From: a bacterium
GTDB lineage: Bacteria > Zhuqueibacterota > QNDG01 > DSAB01
DNA length: 64,000 nt
Direction: 5' to 3'
Assembly: GCA_011388275.1 (NCBI GenBank)
Contig: DSAB01000070.1
Span: forward strand, 29-64,028
Positions 41,239 through 51,297 of the stretch are shown here, piece after piece; within the stretch, counting starts at the first letter, position 1, and every line of letters starts with the position of its first letter. The translations under genes were made by a program, and so were the position numbers. Below the pieces are notes generated by a model. It was not told where the DNA came from and made no database searches. It worked only from the letters and a program-made list of their open reading frames with translations.

Positions 41239-43346
41239 GATTGGATTCAACAGGCCGTATGGCCAAAAGATCGGCCTGGATCGCGGGAGCCATCTGGATT
41301 GTGATGAGTCTTTCCGGCCGGGCCCGTACCTACCAATGGCCGACCAACGCAAGCCGTTTGATGACCTCTTCCTTCGGAGAATACCGCAAGACCCATGTTC
41401 ATGCGGGTCTGGATGTGAAGACATGGGGCCAGGAAGGGTATGAAATTTATGCGCTTCGGGATGGATTAATCAGTGCCGTATCGATTTCGCCTTATGGGTA
41501 CGGCCGGGCTCTGTACATCCGTTTGAATAATGGGTATACAGCCGTATACGGCCATCTGCAGCGGTATACCGACAGAGTGGAAGCCGCTTTACGAAGAGAG
41601 CAGATACGGCAGGGCCGGTATGCGGTCACACTCGGTTTCGGCGACGCTGCCATACCCGTTTCGAAGGGGGAGGTGGTCGGATTTACCGGTTCTTCCGGAA
41701 ACGGCGTTCCTCATCTGCACTTCGAAGTGCGCGACCAGAATGGTCATCCCATCAATCCCCTGCATCTGGATTTTCCGATTGTGGACCGGCATCTTCCCAC
41801 GGTCTCGGCATTCGCGGTCACCCCGCTCAAGCCCGGAAGCCATGTCTCCGGAGACTTCATTCCAGAGGTCTTTTCGGTTAGCTGGGCCGGGAAGGGAGAG
41901 TATGTTCTGAACGAACCTGTGACAGCAGGTGGTGTATTGGGGCTTTCCATATCGGGTTTTGACAGGGCGGATGGTGCATCAAATCCTTTCAGTTTCTATT
42001 GTCTGAGACTCTTTGTCAACGATTCCCTTTTATTCGAATCCCGGTACGATCGTCTGGATTTTCAATATTCTCATCATGTGAATCTTGACCGGGATTATCG
42101 GCTGATGCGGGAGGGATTCGGTCTTTTTCAAAATTTGTACCTGAGTGACGGCAATGAGCTCGATTTCTACAATCCGCGAATTCCCGGCGCCGGAAAACTG
42201 GCATGTATTGAACCGGGTGAAATAAAAGAAACATTCATCCAGCCGGGATATGCCATTCTAAAGCCGGGCACCGTTCCCTTTCGGGTTGAAGTGGAAGATT
42301 TCTTCGGTAATCGATCCGTGTTAAGCGGAGATTTGGAACTTGTTCCTTTGCAGAATTTTGCCGCTTCGGCGCGGTCTCAATATCAGCAAGCACGGGTTCC
42401 GGGTGAAACACAAGAGTACAGGGTGACTCTGGAATACCGCCCCATGGAACGCTGGATTCGGTATCGGCTGCAGTCCATGGCGCCGCTGGCGGATATCCCC
42501 GACCTTCGGGTTACCACACCCTTCTGTGAAGATCGGCCGGTTCTTCTGATCCCCCGGGATTACGAAACCTTTGTCGGCATGCTTCCATGGGAATCCGATG
42601 CCTCCGGGCCTGTGTCCATGACTGTGCGATGGCCCCTGCAGGACGGTCTTGAACAGATTACCCGTGAAAAGGTTCTGCTGTCCGATATCAGCACCGGGTG
42701 GGGCGGACGATTGATCTCTTCGGACGAACGGTGTCAGGTGATTTTCTCAAAGGGAGCTTTGTATCGATCCGCCGTGGGATTGTGCCGAACCGAGGTCCGG
42801 ACAGTGGAAAACGGGATTCTTGGAAAAGTCTATCATATTCATCCTGATGACATGCTGATGAGGCGGAGGGCTCTGATTCAGATCGAGATACCCGGTTATT
42901 TCGGAGATGTAACCCGTCTGGGAATCGCCCGTCTTGGAGACGACGAGGAAGATATTCATTTTCTGGGTGGGGAATGGGAGAACGGGGCCTTGTCAGCCTG
43001 GACGAATCGGCTTGGAAGTTTTACGGTTGTGGCAGACACCATGCCCCCGGTTCTCGAATATTTGCGTCCCGCTCATGGGGAGCGGGTGGAACCCAATGTG
43101 ACCATTGCGGCTGTTTTCAGGGATGATCTGTCAGGAATATCCGGTGAACGGAACATGGCTGTTACTTTGAATGGAGAACCCCTGATCATGGAGTATCTTC
43201 ACTTCAAAGACACGCTGATTCATCCCTGGGAATTGAATCTGGCGCCTGGAAACCATGTGCTGGAATTGACTTTGCGTGACCGTGCAGGGAATGTTACCAG
43301 AGCCGTTCATGAATTCAAAGTGATCGACACAGAGAGGAACCATTGA
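41235..43346 (+). CDS. M23-family metallopeptidase with a large C-terminal extension.
   Basis: N-terminal signal/TM. HAGLDV...GSSGNGVPHLHFEVRDQNGHPINP (HxxxD and HxH motifs). The ATGA overlaps the upstream stop. Confidence 0.7.
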   Translation: MRLDSTGRMAKRSAWIAGAIWIVMSLSGRARTYQWPTNASRLMTSSFGEYRKTHVHAGLDVKTWGQEGYEIYALRDGLISAVSISPYGYGRALYIRLNNGYTAVYGHLQRYTDRVEAALRREQIRQGRYAVTLGFGDAAIPVSKGEVVGFTGSSGNGVPHLHFEVRDQNGHPINPLHLDFPIVDRHLPTVSAFAVTPLKPGSHVSGDFIPEVFSVSWAGKGEYVLNEPVTAGGVLGLSISGFDRADGASNPFSFYCLRLFVNDSLLFESRYDRLDFQYSHHVNLDRDYRLMREGFGLFQNLYLSDGNELDFYNPRIPGAGKLACIEPGEIKETFIQPGYAILKPGTVPFRVEVEDFFGNRSVLSGDLELVPLQNFAASARSQYQQARVPGETQEYRVTLEYRPMERWIRYRLQSMAPLADIPDLRVTTPFCEDRPVLLIPRDYETFVGMLPWESDASGPVSMTVRWPLQDGLEQITREKVLLSDISTGWGGRLISSDERCQVIFSKGALYRSAVGLCRTEVRTVENGILGKVYHIHPDDMLMRRRALIQIEIPGYFGDVTRLGIARLGDDEEDIHFLGGEWENGALSAWTNRLGSFTVVADTMPPVLEYLRPAHGERVEPNVTIAAVFRDDLSGISGERNMAVTLNGEPLIMEYLHFKDTLIHPWELNLAPGNHVLELTLRDRAGNVTRAVHEFKVIDTERNH

Positions 43347-44050
43347 TTCCCATACGAGACGACAACCCCACACCGTATTTTCCCCTGGTTACGATTTTAC
43401 TGATTCTCATCAATGTGGCGTTGCATATCTACCAGATATCACTGGGCGCGGGCGCAGAGGCCTTTCTTTACCGGTTTGGAGCCATTCCCTGGGAATTGAC
43501 CCGTGGATTGGAATGGCCGGGGCTGCCATCAGGATTTCAAACCCCGTCGGGACCGTGGGTGACACCGATGACTTCCATGTTCCTTCACGGCAGCATTCCC
43601 CATCTGATCGGCAATATGCTGTATCTGTGGATTTTCGGAGATAACGTGGAATCTCTCATGGGCCATGGACGTTTTATCTTTTTTTACCTGGTCTGCGGTC
43701 TGTTCGCGACCGCAGCCCAGATTTTTAGCCATCCGGATGCCGTCATTCCCATGGTGGGGGCCAGCGGGGCGGTATCGGGAGTTTTGGGCGCGTATTTAAT
43801 TCGATTTCCCCGTGCGCGTGTCCATGTGCTGTTTATCTGGTTCCTGTTTATTCGAATCATTCCCGTCCGGGCTTTTTTTGTGCTGGGGTTCTGGTTCCTT
43901 TTTCAGGTTTTCAACGGCCTTTTGTCTTCGGGGCATGGCCCGGGAGTGGCCTGGTTCGCTCATGTCGGAGGGTTTCTTTCCGGTATGATTCTGGTTTTCC
44001 TTTTTGAAAGAAAGGACCGGGTACTCCGTTTGCGGCGAGCTTCCTGGTAA
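43343..44050 (+). CDS. Rhomboid-family intramembrane serine protease.
   Basis: GASGAVSGVLGAY (GxSG) and AHVGGFLSG (catalytic His) in TM helices. TTG start overlaps the upstream TGA. RBS AGAGAGGA. Confidence 0.7.
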   Translation: MIPIRDDNPTPYFPLVTILLILINVALHIYQISLGAGAEAFLYRFGAIPWELTRGLEWPGLPSGFQTPSGPWVTPMTSMFLHGSIPHLIGNMLYLWIFGDNVESLMGHGRFIFFYLVCGLFATAAQIFSHPDAVIPMVGASGAVSGVLGAYLIRFPRARVHVLFIWFLFIRIIPVRAFFVLGFWFLFQVFNGLLSSGHGPGVAWFAHVGGFLSGMILVFLFERKDRVLRLRRASW

Positions 44051-44056
44051 AGCGGC

Positions 44057-44794
44057 ATGGACACTTCACTGTTGATTGCGGTGACTCTCACGGTATTTCT
44101 TTCGACTATGATTCGTTCCACATTCGGATTCGGCGATGCGCTGGTGGCCATGCCTTTGCTGACGATGTTTCTGGGTTTGAAGAGCGCTACACCCCTGGTC
44201 GCCCTTTTGGCGAGCACGATCGCTTTCGTGATACTCATCCGTCGATGGCGGGAAGTGGATATGGCCGGTGCCTGGCGGCTGATGCTGTCCACAGCCTTCG
44301 GCATTCCATTGGGTTTGCTGCTTCTGAAGAGCGGATGGGAAGTACCCATGAAAATGCTGCTGGCCGCAGTTATTATCGGTTTTGTTCTTCATCAATGGCT
44401 GCGTCCGCAATTCCGGCAGGTGAGCGGAAAGGCCGCCTGGATTTTTGGATTCATCGCGGGCATTCTGGGTGGTGCCTATAACACCAACGGTCCTCCGGTC
44501 GTGGTCTTCGGCACACTCCGGTGCTGGGATCCGGCCCGATTCAGGGCCACGCTGCAGGGATACTTTTTTCCAACGGGATTGCTTATTCTTGCCAGTCATG
44601 GTATGGGAGGCTTGTGGACGAGAGAGATTTATCATCTTTATTTACTCTGCCTGCCTGTTGTTCTGACGGCTGTTCTGGCGGGCGGTTATCTGCACGCGAG
44701 AATTCCGTCCGCACGATTTATGCACGCTGTTTATGGATTCCTGATGCTTCTGGGATTGTCACTGTTCATACAGACCCTGGGATTCTTCGATTGA
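44057..44794 (+). CDS. TauE/SafE (TSUP) family anion exporter.
   Basis: Duplicated 4-TM halves. FGFGDALVAMPLL signature. Confidence 0.75.
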   Translation: MDTSLLIAVTLTVFLSTMIRSTFGFGDALVAMPLLTMFLGLKSATPLVALLASTIAFVILIRRWREVDMAGAWRLMLSTAFGIPLGLLLLKSGWEVPMKMLLAAVIIGFVLHQWLRPQFRQVSGKAAWIFGFIAGILGGAYNTNGPPVVVFGTLRCWDPARFRATLQGYFFPTGLLILASHGMGGLWTREIYHLYLLCLPVVLTAVLAGGYLHARIPSARFMHAVYGFLMLLGLSLFIQTLGFFD

Positions 44795-44828
44795 TCATCT
44801 GATTGTTTTCTTGAAAAGGAGGGATGGT

Positions 44829-45647
44829 ATGTTTAGGGTAAACAAAGGGATCTGTCGTTTACTGATAACTCTGTCGGTTTTGGCTCCCGCTGTATTGATG
44901 TTTTTTCATTGCGGCAGAAACAGCTGGGAGAGACAATCGATGAACGGATGGCTGCTGGAATACACGGTTTCCAGCCGGCCGGGCATCCCCCTGATGATAG
45001 AAGCCCTTCAGGAAGGACATGCGCGCGTGGAATCCTTTTTCGGCCGGTCCTTTCCCCGCGTGTATACAGTACGTATATTTCCAGACCGGAATTCACTCAC
45101 GAATTTCTGGCGAAAATCCTGGAACCTCCCGGATTTCGATCCGGAATGCTGGATGGTGGGCAGTGCGGGTTCGGATACACTCTCTTTGCTGGACATACAA
45201 GCCTGGGAGGTCGAAGCCTGCGAACACAACGCGAAGGATACGACCCGCATTTTTAGTCTCGTGGCCCATGAACAGGCACATATTTTTCACGGGCAGGTCA
45301 GTCCCAATCCCTCGTTCGACCATATGGAAGACGTGGGATGGTTTGTGGAGGGCATCGCCACGCTGGTTTCGGGGCAGCTGACAGGAGAACGTAAAAAAGG
45401 AGTGAGGGAGTGGTTTCTCCAGGGCAACGCCCCCGAACGGCTGGAAGAAGTATGGTCTGGCCCCCATCGCTATGGATTGGCCGGTTCATTGGCTGCCTGT
45501 CTGGAACAGGAATACGGGCGGGAAATGCTGTACCGGATGCTTTCGGAAACCACGGAGAGCGGGCTTCTGGCATGTCTTGGACTTGAAGAAAGAGAGCTGC
45601 TGGTTCGATGGCGGCGGTATGTGCTGACCGGGAAGATCGAACTTTAA
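44829..45647 (+). CDS. Secreted hypothetical protein with an HEXXH motif (putative zinc metallopeptidase).
   Basis: Signal peptide MFRVNKGICRLLITLSVLAPAVLMFF. LVAHEQAHIFHG. RBS AAAGGAGGG 6 nt upstream. Confidence 0.4.
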   Translation: MFRVNKGICRLLITLSVLAPAVLMFFHCGRNSWERQSMNGWLLEYTVSSRPGIPLMIEALQEGHARVESFFGRSFPRVYTVRIFPDRNSLTNFWRKSWNLPDFDPECWMVGSAGSDTLSLLDIQAWEVEACEHNAKDTTRIFSLVAHEQAHIFHGQVSPNPSFDHMEDVGWFVEGIATLVSGQLTGERKKGVREWFLQGNAPERLEEVWSGPHRYGLAGSLAACLEQEYGREMLYRMLSETTESGLLACLGLEERELLVRWRRYVLTGKIEL

Positions 45648-45765
45648 CGGGGAATACACGGTCCGGAGGCAAACACGGTTTGCATTCTCCGGGCCGTGAT
45701 CTGTTCTTCGACCGGGACATTCCATCGGCAGCTGACCGGATACGCGACGGCAGAGGTGGAATCGT

Positions 45766-47040
45766 ATGAACACTCGAAGGCTGATTGTTGTCGGAGGAGG
45801 ACCGGCGGGCCTGATGGCCGCGGGCCAGGCTGCGGGTCTGGGTGTGAAGACTCTTGTTCTGGAAAAGATGGACCGGCCCGGACGCAAACTGAGAATAACG
45901 GGAAAGGGCCGGTGCAATCTGACCAACGCCGCGAGCCTGGAAGACTTTCTGGCGCATTATGGAGACAACGGGCGTTTTCTCAGGCAGGCATTCGCCCGGT
46001 TTTTTTCCCAGGATCTGACGGCTTTTATCGGCGGACTGGGGATTACCGTGAAAACCGAGCGGGGAGGGCGGGTTTTCACGGAAGAGGGGGCCCCCGAACT
46101 GGCCGTCAGGCTGACGGAATGGGCCGGCAGGCAGGGGGTCTCTGTACGAACGGGAAGCCGGGTCACGGCGATCCATCATATCGATCGGGCTGTCACCGGT
46201 GTCCGAATCCTGTCTTCGGACGGCGATGCGGAAGATTCGGAAGCGGCATGTGTGATTCTGGCCGCGGGCGGCGCTTCCTATCCGGCTACGGGTTCTGCGG
46301 GTGACGGTTATCGTCTGGCAAAAGCTCTGGGACATGATATTGTTTCGCCGGGCCCGGCTCTGGTTCCGGTCGAAACCGAAGGGAATACAGCGGTCAGGCT
46401 TCAGGGGCTGAGTCTTCGCAATGTCGTCCTGAAAGTGCTCTGCGACGGCCGGGTTCAGGCCGAGGCCTTCGGCGAAATGCTGTTTACCCATTTCGGCGTA
46501 TCAGGGCCCATTGTGCTTTCATTGAGCAAAGTGATCGGCCGCTGCCTGAAAAAGAAAGATTCTGTGATTCTGTCCATCGATCTGAAGCCGGCCCTGGATG
46601 AAAACCGGCTCGATGAGCGTCTCAGGAGGGAACTCGACTTGCATGGAAAGCGGTCGCTTCAGAATATGCTGAAAACCCTGCTCCCTTCGGCTTTGATACC
46701 CGTTTGCCTGGATGCTTTGCGCCTGGACCCTCACAAACCGGGGCATCAGATCACGGCCGAAGAACGAACCCGGCTTCGTGCCTGGCTCAAGAATATGGAA
46801 TTGAAGGTTCTCCGGACCCGTCCGATGGCGGAGGCCATCGTTACCGCGGGGGGGATTTCTCTTCACCAGGTAGACCCGAGAACTATGGCATCCCGGGTTG
46901 TTTCCGGATTGTACTTCGCCGGTGAAGTGCTGGATCTGGACGGAGATACCGGCGGATTCAATCTGCAGGCGGCCTTTTCCACGGGCTGGCTGGCCGGCCG
47001 GTCCGCGGCCCGGTGGCTGACGGACCAGGTGAAAGGATGA
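45766..47040 (+). CDS. HI0933/BaiN-family FAD-dependent flavoprotein.
   Basis: LIVVGGGPAGLMAAGQAA...GKGRCNLTN. C-terminal GGFNLQAAFSTGWLAG. Confidence 0.75.
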   Translation: MNTRRLIVVGGGPAGLMAAGQAAGLGVKTLVLEKMDRPGRKLRITGKGRCNLTNAASLEDFLAHYGDNGRFLRQAFARFFSQDLTAFIGGLGITVKTERGGRVFTEEGAPELAVRLTEWAGRQGVSVRTGSRVTAIHHIDRAVTGVRILSSDGDAEDSEAACVILAAGGASYPATGSAGDGYRLAKALGHDIVSPGPALVPVETEGNTAVRLQGLSLRNVVLKVLCDGRVQAEAFGEMLFTHFGVSGPIVLSLSKVIGRCLKKKDSVILSIDLKPALDENRLDERLRRELDLHGKRSLQNMLKTLLPSALIPVCLDALRLDPHKPGHQITAEERTRLRAWLKNMELKVLRTRPMAEAIVTAGGISLHQVDPRTMASRVVSGLYFAGEVLDLDGDTGGFNLQAAFSTGWLAGRSAARWLTDQVKG

Positions 47041-47352
47041 TTGTTCATGCATAAAGCACAACCTTCGGATTCCCGGCATGCGGGTTTTCTCCGCTCATGT
47101 GATCCTCTCCCGCATGCCCTCCACCAGCGAGTGGGACGGCCTGATGCACCGTGCTGAATCGGCGCTGAAAAAGAGATACCGGCTTATAGAGACCACTCTT
47201 CAGCCGGGGGTGAAGCAGCAAAAAGGGTGAAAAGGATAAATACGTTTCCGGATTATTGATCGGAACACAGGGCTCTGATATTCCTTGTTCGGTAAAAACA
47301 GAAAGGCATATCCTTCGACGGCCCGGATGAATATGGTCAAAGGGAGGCAGAC

Positions 47353-47664
47353 ATGAGATCCGTTTGTTGCATTTTTCTAGCGATGCTGCTGTTTCTCAAC
47401 TGCGCGAAACGGGGCGGAGTCGAGGGGACCGTGATTGATCGGGAATCGGGTCATCCGGAGCAGGGTGTCCGGGTTCGGGTTCTCGAGTCGGGTTCCACTG
47501 CGCAGAGTGACCGGGCGGGTCATTACCGGATTTCGGTAACGGAGCGGGATTTTATCCTGCTGTTCGAAAAAGAGGGGTTCGAACCGGTCCGCGTGCAGGC
47601 GGTGGAGATGAAACCGGGACGCTGGTACCGAATGGATGTGGCTCTTATTCCCGGCAATGGATAA
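47353..47664 (+). CDS. Small lipoprotein with a carboxypeptidase-regulatory-like (CarbopepD_reg) domain.
   Basis: Lipobox FLNC. GTVIDRESGHPEQGVRVRVLESGSTAQSDRAGHYRI. Confidence 0.4.
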   Translation: MRSVCCIFLAMLLFLNCAKRGGVEGTVIDRESGHPEQGVRVRVLESGSTAQSDRAGHYRISVTERDFILLFEKEGFEPVRVQAVEMKPGRWYRMDVALIPGNG

Positions 47665-47784
47665 TCTCCGGCGATGTACGATCCTATCGTTTTTTTTATT
47701 GTCCGATATTCTTAAATTGTTTAAATTGTTATATACATGAATCGGCATCAAATAATCTGCAGACAGTTAACAAAGGAGGGGTCA

Positions 47785-49836
47785 ATGCGATTTTTCACAG
47801 TGATGCTTCTCATGGGGCTGGGTGTGAATCTGGCCGCAGCCGCGGCATCGGCCGGAAAGGAAACCCATCCATTTTCGGTTCATGACATGCTGGCCATGGA
47901 CCGGATTTCCGATCCTCAAATATCGCCAGACGGACAGAATGTAGTTTTCACTCTGCGAAAAACGGATTTAAAGGCCAATCGGGGCCGAACCGATCTCTGG
48001 ATTGTCGAAGCGGATGGTCAGAATTTACGGCGGCTGACTTCACATCCCGCCGGAGATTTTAATCCCCGATGGTCATCCTGCGGTAAATACATCCTGTTTC
48101 TGTCGACACGCTCGGGTTCTTCGCAAGTGTGGAGCATCCGTGTGGACGGCGGCGAAGCCGTTCAGCTCACGGATCTGCCTCTGGACGTGGGGAATCTCGT
48201 GGTTTCTCCTTATGGAGAGTACATCGCATTTACCACGGAAGTTTTTGTCAATAAATGCATGAAGGGCACACGCAAACAGCTGGATGAGACCGCAGCTGAT
48301 CCGATGACCGGCCGTATTTACGATTCGATCTTTATCCGTCACTGGGATACCTGGAAAGACGGACGCCGGTCCCATCTTTTTGTCATGTCTCTTAAAGACA
48401 AAAATCCGGTGGATGTCATGAAGGCCATGGATGCGGACACGCCATCCAAACCATTCGGCGGACCCGAGGAGATCGCTTTCGCTCCGGGCAACAGCGGCAT
48501 TGTTTTCACAACCAGGAATGTGGGCCGTGAAGAAGCCTGGTCCACAAACTTCGATCTCTTTCTCGCGTCCCTGGACGGACGCGGAGAGCCGGTCTGTCTG
48601 ACCGGGGAGAACGAAGCCTGGGACACGAGTCCCGTCTTCTCACCGGACGGAAAAACCATGGCCTATCTCGCCATGGCCGTGCCGCGGTATGAATCGGACC
48701 GATTTCGTATTGTGCTGAGAACCGGAAAGAATTGGGAGCAGAAGCGGGTGCTTACCGAGTCCTGGGACTTCTCGCCGGGTTCCATCGCCTTCTCCGCCGA
48801 CGGCAAGGAGATCTACGCCACAGCGGCCAATAAAGGCCAGCGGTCTCTCTTTGCCCTGGATATGCGTACCGGCAAGGACCGGGTTCTGGTGCGCGACGGA
48901 TATGTGGCCAGTCTCGCAGGAGCCGCCGGGACGCGGATCATCTTCGGCATGGATCATTTGCAGTCTCCGGTGGAATTGTACTCCATTCATTCCGACGGCC
49001 GTCAACTCAAGCCCATAACCCGAATCAATGCCGATAAACTCGAATCAGTCCGAATGGGGTATGCCGAACAATTTTCCTTTGCCGGCTGGAATGACGAAAC
49101 CGTGTATTGTTATATCGTGAAACCTGTGGATTTCGATCCGTCGAAGAAATATCCCGTGGCTTTCCTGATTCACGGCGGTCCGCAGGGGTCTTTCGGAAAC
49201 CATTTTCATTATCGCTGGAATCCGCAGGCTTACGCCGGCGCCGGATATGCTGCGGTCATGGTCGATTTTCACGGATCGGTCGGCTACGGACAGGCATTCT
49301 GTGACGCCATTCGCGGAGACTGGGGGGGCAAGCCGCTGGAAGACCTTGTCAAGGGTCTGGATGCCGCTCTGAAGCGTTATCCCTGGATGGACGGGGAACG
49401 CGTGGGCGCTCTGGGAGCCTCTTTCGGCGGATGGATGATCAACTGGATCGCCGGTCAATTGCCGGAACGTTTTAAATGTCTGGTAAGTCACGACGGCAAT
49501 CTCGATGAACGCATGGCGTATTTCAACACCGAGGAGCTCTGGTTCCCTGAATGGGATCATATGGGAACACCCTGGACCAATCCGGAGGGGTATGAAAAAC
49601 ACAATCCGGTAAATCATGTGGGCAAATGGAAAACCCCCATGCTGGTGATTCACGGAGCTCTGGACTATCGGGTCGTGGACACCCAGGGAATCGGGACCTT
49701 TAACGCGTTGCAGCGCAGGGGTATTCCCAGCCGTCTGCTGTATTTTCACGACGAAAATCACTGGGTGCTTAAACCGCACAATTCCATCCAGTGGCATGAT
49801 ACGGTGATCGGCTGGCTGGATCAGTGGTGTAAATAA
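47785..49836 (+). CDS. S9-family serine peptidase (prolyl oligopeptidase / dipeptidyl-aminopeptidase-like) with an N-terminal beta-propeller.
   Basis: Signal peptide. Repeated SPDG blades. Catalytic domain GASFGGWM (GxSxG), Asp and His motifs (HGALDYRV, HW). Confidence 0.8.
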   Translation: MRFFTVMLLMGLGVNLAAAAASAGKETHPFSVHDMLAMDRISDPQISPDGQNVVFTLRKTDLKANRGRTDLWIVEADGQNLRRLTSHPAGDFNPRWSSCGKYILFLSTRSGSSQVWSIRVDGGEAVQLTDLPLDVGNLVVSPYGEYIAFTTEVFVNKCMKGTRKQLDETAADPMTGRIYDSIFIRHWDTWKDGRRSHLFVMSLKDKNPVDVMKAMDADTPSKPFGGPEEIAFAPGNSGIVFTTRNVGREEAWSTNFDLFLASLDGRGEPVCLTGENEAWDTSPVFSPDGKTMAYLAMAVPRYESDRFRIVLRTGKNWEQKRVLTESWDFSPGSIAFSADGKEIYATAANKGQRSLFALDMRTGKDRVLVRDGYVASLAGAAGTRIIFGMDHLQSPVELYSIHSDGRQLKPITRINADKLESVRMGYAEQFSFAGWNDETVYCYIVKPVDFDPSKKYPVAFLIHGGPQGSFGNHFHYRWNPQAYAGAGYAAVMVDFHGSVGYGQAFCDAIRGDWGGKPLEDLVKGLDAALKRYPWMDGERVGALGASFGGWMINWIAGQLPERFKCLVSHDGNLDERMAYFNTEELWFPEWDHMGTPWTNPEGYEKHNPVNHVGKWKTPMLVIHGALDYRVVDTQGIGTFNALQRRGIPSRLLYFHDENHWVLKPHNSIQWHDTVIGWLDQWCK

Positions 49837-49849
49837 GGAGATGAAAAAA

Positions 49850-49876
49850 CCTCCCGGGGCGATTTTCCCCGGGAGG
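49850..49876. terminator. GC-rich hairpin after the S9 peptidase gene.
   Basis: gaaaaaa-CCTCCCGGGG-cgatttt-CCCCGGGAGG-cctgacc. The U-run is only on the complementary strand. Confidence 0.4.
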
Positions 49877-50000
49877 CCTGACCGGCCGGAGGGTTTCCGC
49901 GAAGCAGGCAGGGTTACCGGTTCCCGCCCTCGACAGGCTCGACGACCTCATCAGACCCCTTGAACCCGGGGGCCATCAGCCGAACAGGCAGGAGGTATTT

Positions 50001-51125
50001 ATGCCGATCGAAGTGAGGGAAATCGGTTCCCGAAAGGACCTCAGAGATTTTATTTACCTTCCCGAGAAGATTCACCGCGGTCACGCCGAATGGGTTCCCC
50101 CCATCTATGTGGATGAATGGTCCTATTTCAATCCCAAAAAGAACCGGTCTTTTGAGTATTGTGACACGGTTCGTGTACTGGCCATTCAGGACGGACAAGT
50201 AACCGGTCGTGTCATGGGTATCATCAACCATCGTCATAACGCCGCTCAGGGCATCCGGAACGGACGGTTCTGTTATCTGGAATGCCCTGATGATCAAGAA
50301 ACGGTTCATGCCCTGCTGTCTTATATTGAAAAATGGGCCATGAACCGCGGAATGGAAAAGCTGGTCGGTCCGTATGGATTTTCCGATCAGGATCCGGAAG
50401 GTTTTATCATTGAAGGTCAGGAATATCCGGCCACGATCGCCTGTTACTACAATTACGATTATTTGGTGGAGCTGGTCGAAAACGAGGGATACACGAAGGA
50501 AGTGGATTATGTGGTATACCAGGTGCCTGTTCCCGCGGAGATACCCGGATTTTACCGGAAAATCTATGAGCGCAGTCTGAGATCCGGAGAGTTCAGACTC
50601 AAGGAATTCACCAGCCGCAGGCAGATCAAGCCTTATATCCATTCCGTTTTCAAACTGATGAATGAAACGTACAGTCATCTTTACGGTTTTGTCCCTCTCG
50701 AGCCCAAAGAGATGGATGATTTGACGCGGAGGTATCTGCCTGTTCTGGATCCCCGTTTTATTAAAATTGTGCTGAGGAACGAGGAGGTTGTCGCGTTTGC
50801 ACTGGGAATTCCCAATATGATACCCGGTATTCGAAAGTCAAGAGGCCGTCTGCTGCCTTTCGGGCTCCTTTATATACTTCGTGCCGGAAAGAAAACAAAT
50901 CAGCTGGATATGCTGCTGGGAGCTGTCAAGGAAAAGTTTCGGGGACGGGGTCTGGACGTCATGATGGGGCTGAAAATTCTTGAATCGGCGTCCAGGGCCG
51001 GTATGACCGTGATTGACAGCCATCACGAATTGGAAATGAATGCGAAGATGCGGGCTGAAAACGAGAGAATGGGCGGGAAAATCATCAAGCGATACCGGGT
51101 GTATCAGAAATCACTCATTTCATAA
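50001..51125 (+). CDS. Hypothetical protein, possibly a GNAT-fold acyltransferase.
   Basis: 374 aa. RGRG (FRGRGLDVMMG) acetyl-CoA-binding-like motif. No confident family assignment. Confidence 0.35.
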   Translation: MPIEVREIGSRKDLRDFIYLPEKIHRGHAEWVPPIYVDEWSYFNPKKNRSFEYCDTVRVLAIQDGQVTGRVMGIINHRHNAAQGIRNGRFCYLECPDDQETVHALLSYIEKWAMNRGMEKLVGPYGFSDQDPEGFIIEGQEYPATIACYYNYDYLVELVENEGYTKEVDYVVYQVPVPAEIPGFYRKIYERSLRSGEFRLKEFTSRRQIKPYIHSVFKLMNETYSHLYGFVPLEPKEMDDLTRRYLPVLDPRFIKIVLRNEEVVAFALGIPNMIPGIRKSRGRLLPFGLLYILRAGKKTNQLDMLLGAVKEKFRGRGLDVMMGLKILESASRAGMTVIDSHHELEMNAKMRAENERMGGKIIKRYRVYQKSLIS

Positions 51126-51159
51126 TTTTTTATGAATATATCATCCTGTTCACATCAGG

Positions 51160-51185
51160 GGCCGTGGTTTGTCCATGGCCTTTTT
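51160..51185 (+). terminator. Rho-independent terminator.
   Basis: GGCCGTGG-tttgt-CCATGGCC followed by TTTTT. Confidence 0.55.
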
Positions 51186-51297
51186 CATATTCCAGTCCGC
51201 TGCAATGGTTCTGTCAGGGAAAACATCGGCTGATGCGTATTAATGTGTGGAATAATGAATGAGGATCTGTAAATAAACGATGTGAAAGGATATGAAA

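Noticed and set aside
45298-46491. 397-aa minus-strand ORF overlapping the HEXXH protein and HI0933 flavoprotein genes.
   Set aside because: Arg/Pro-rich composition typical of antisense frames in GC-rich DNA. Both sense genes have clear family motifs.
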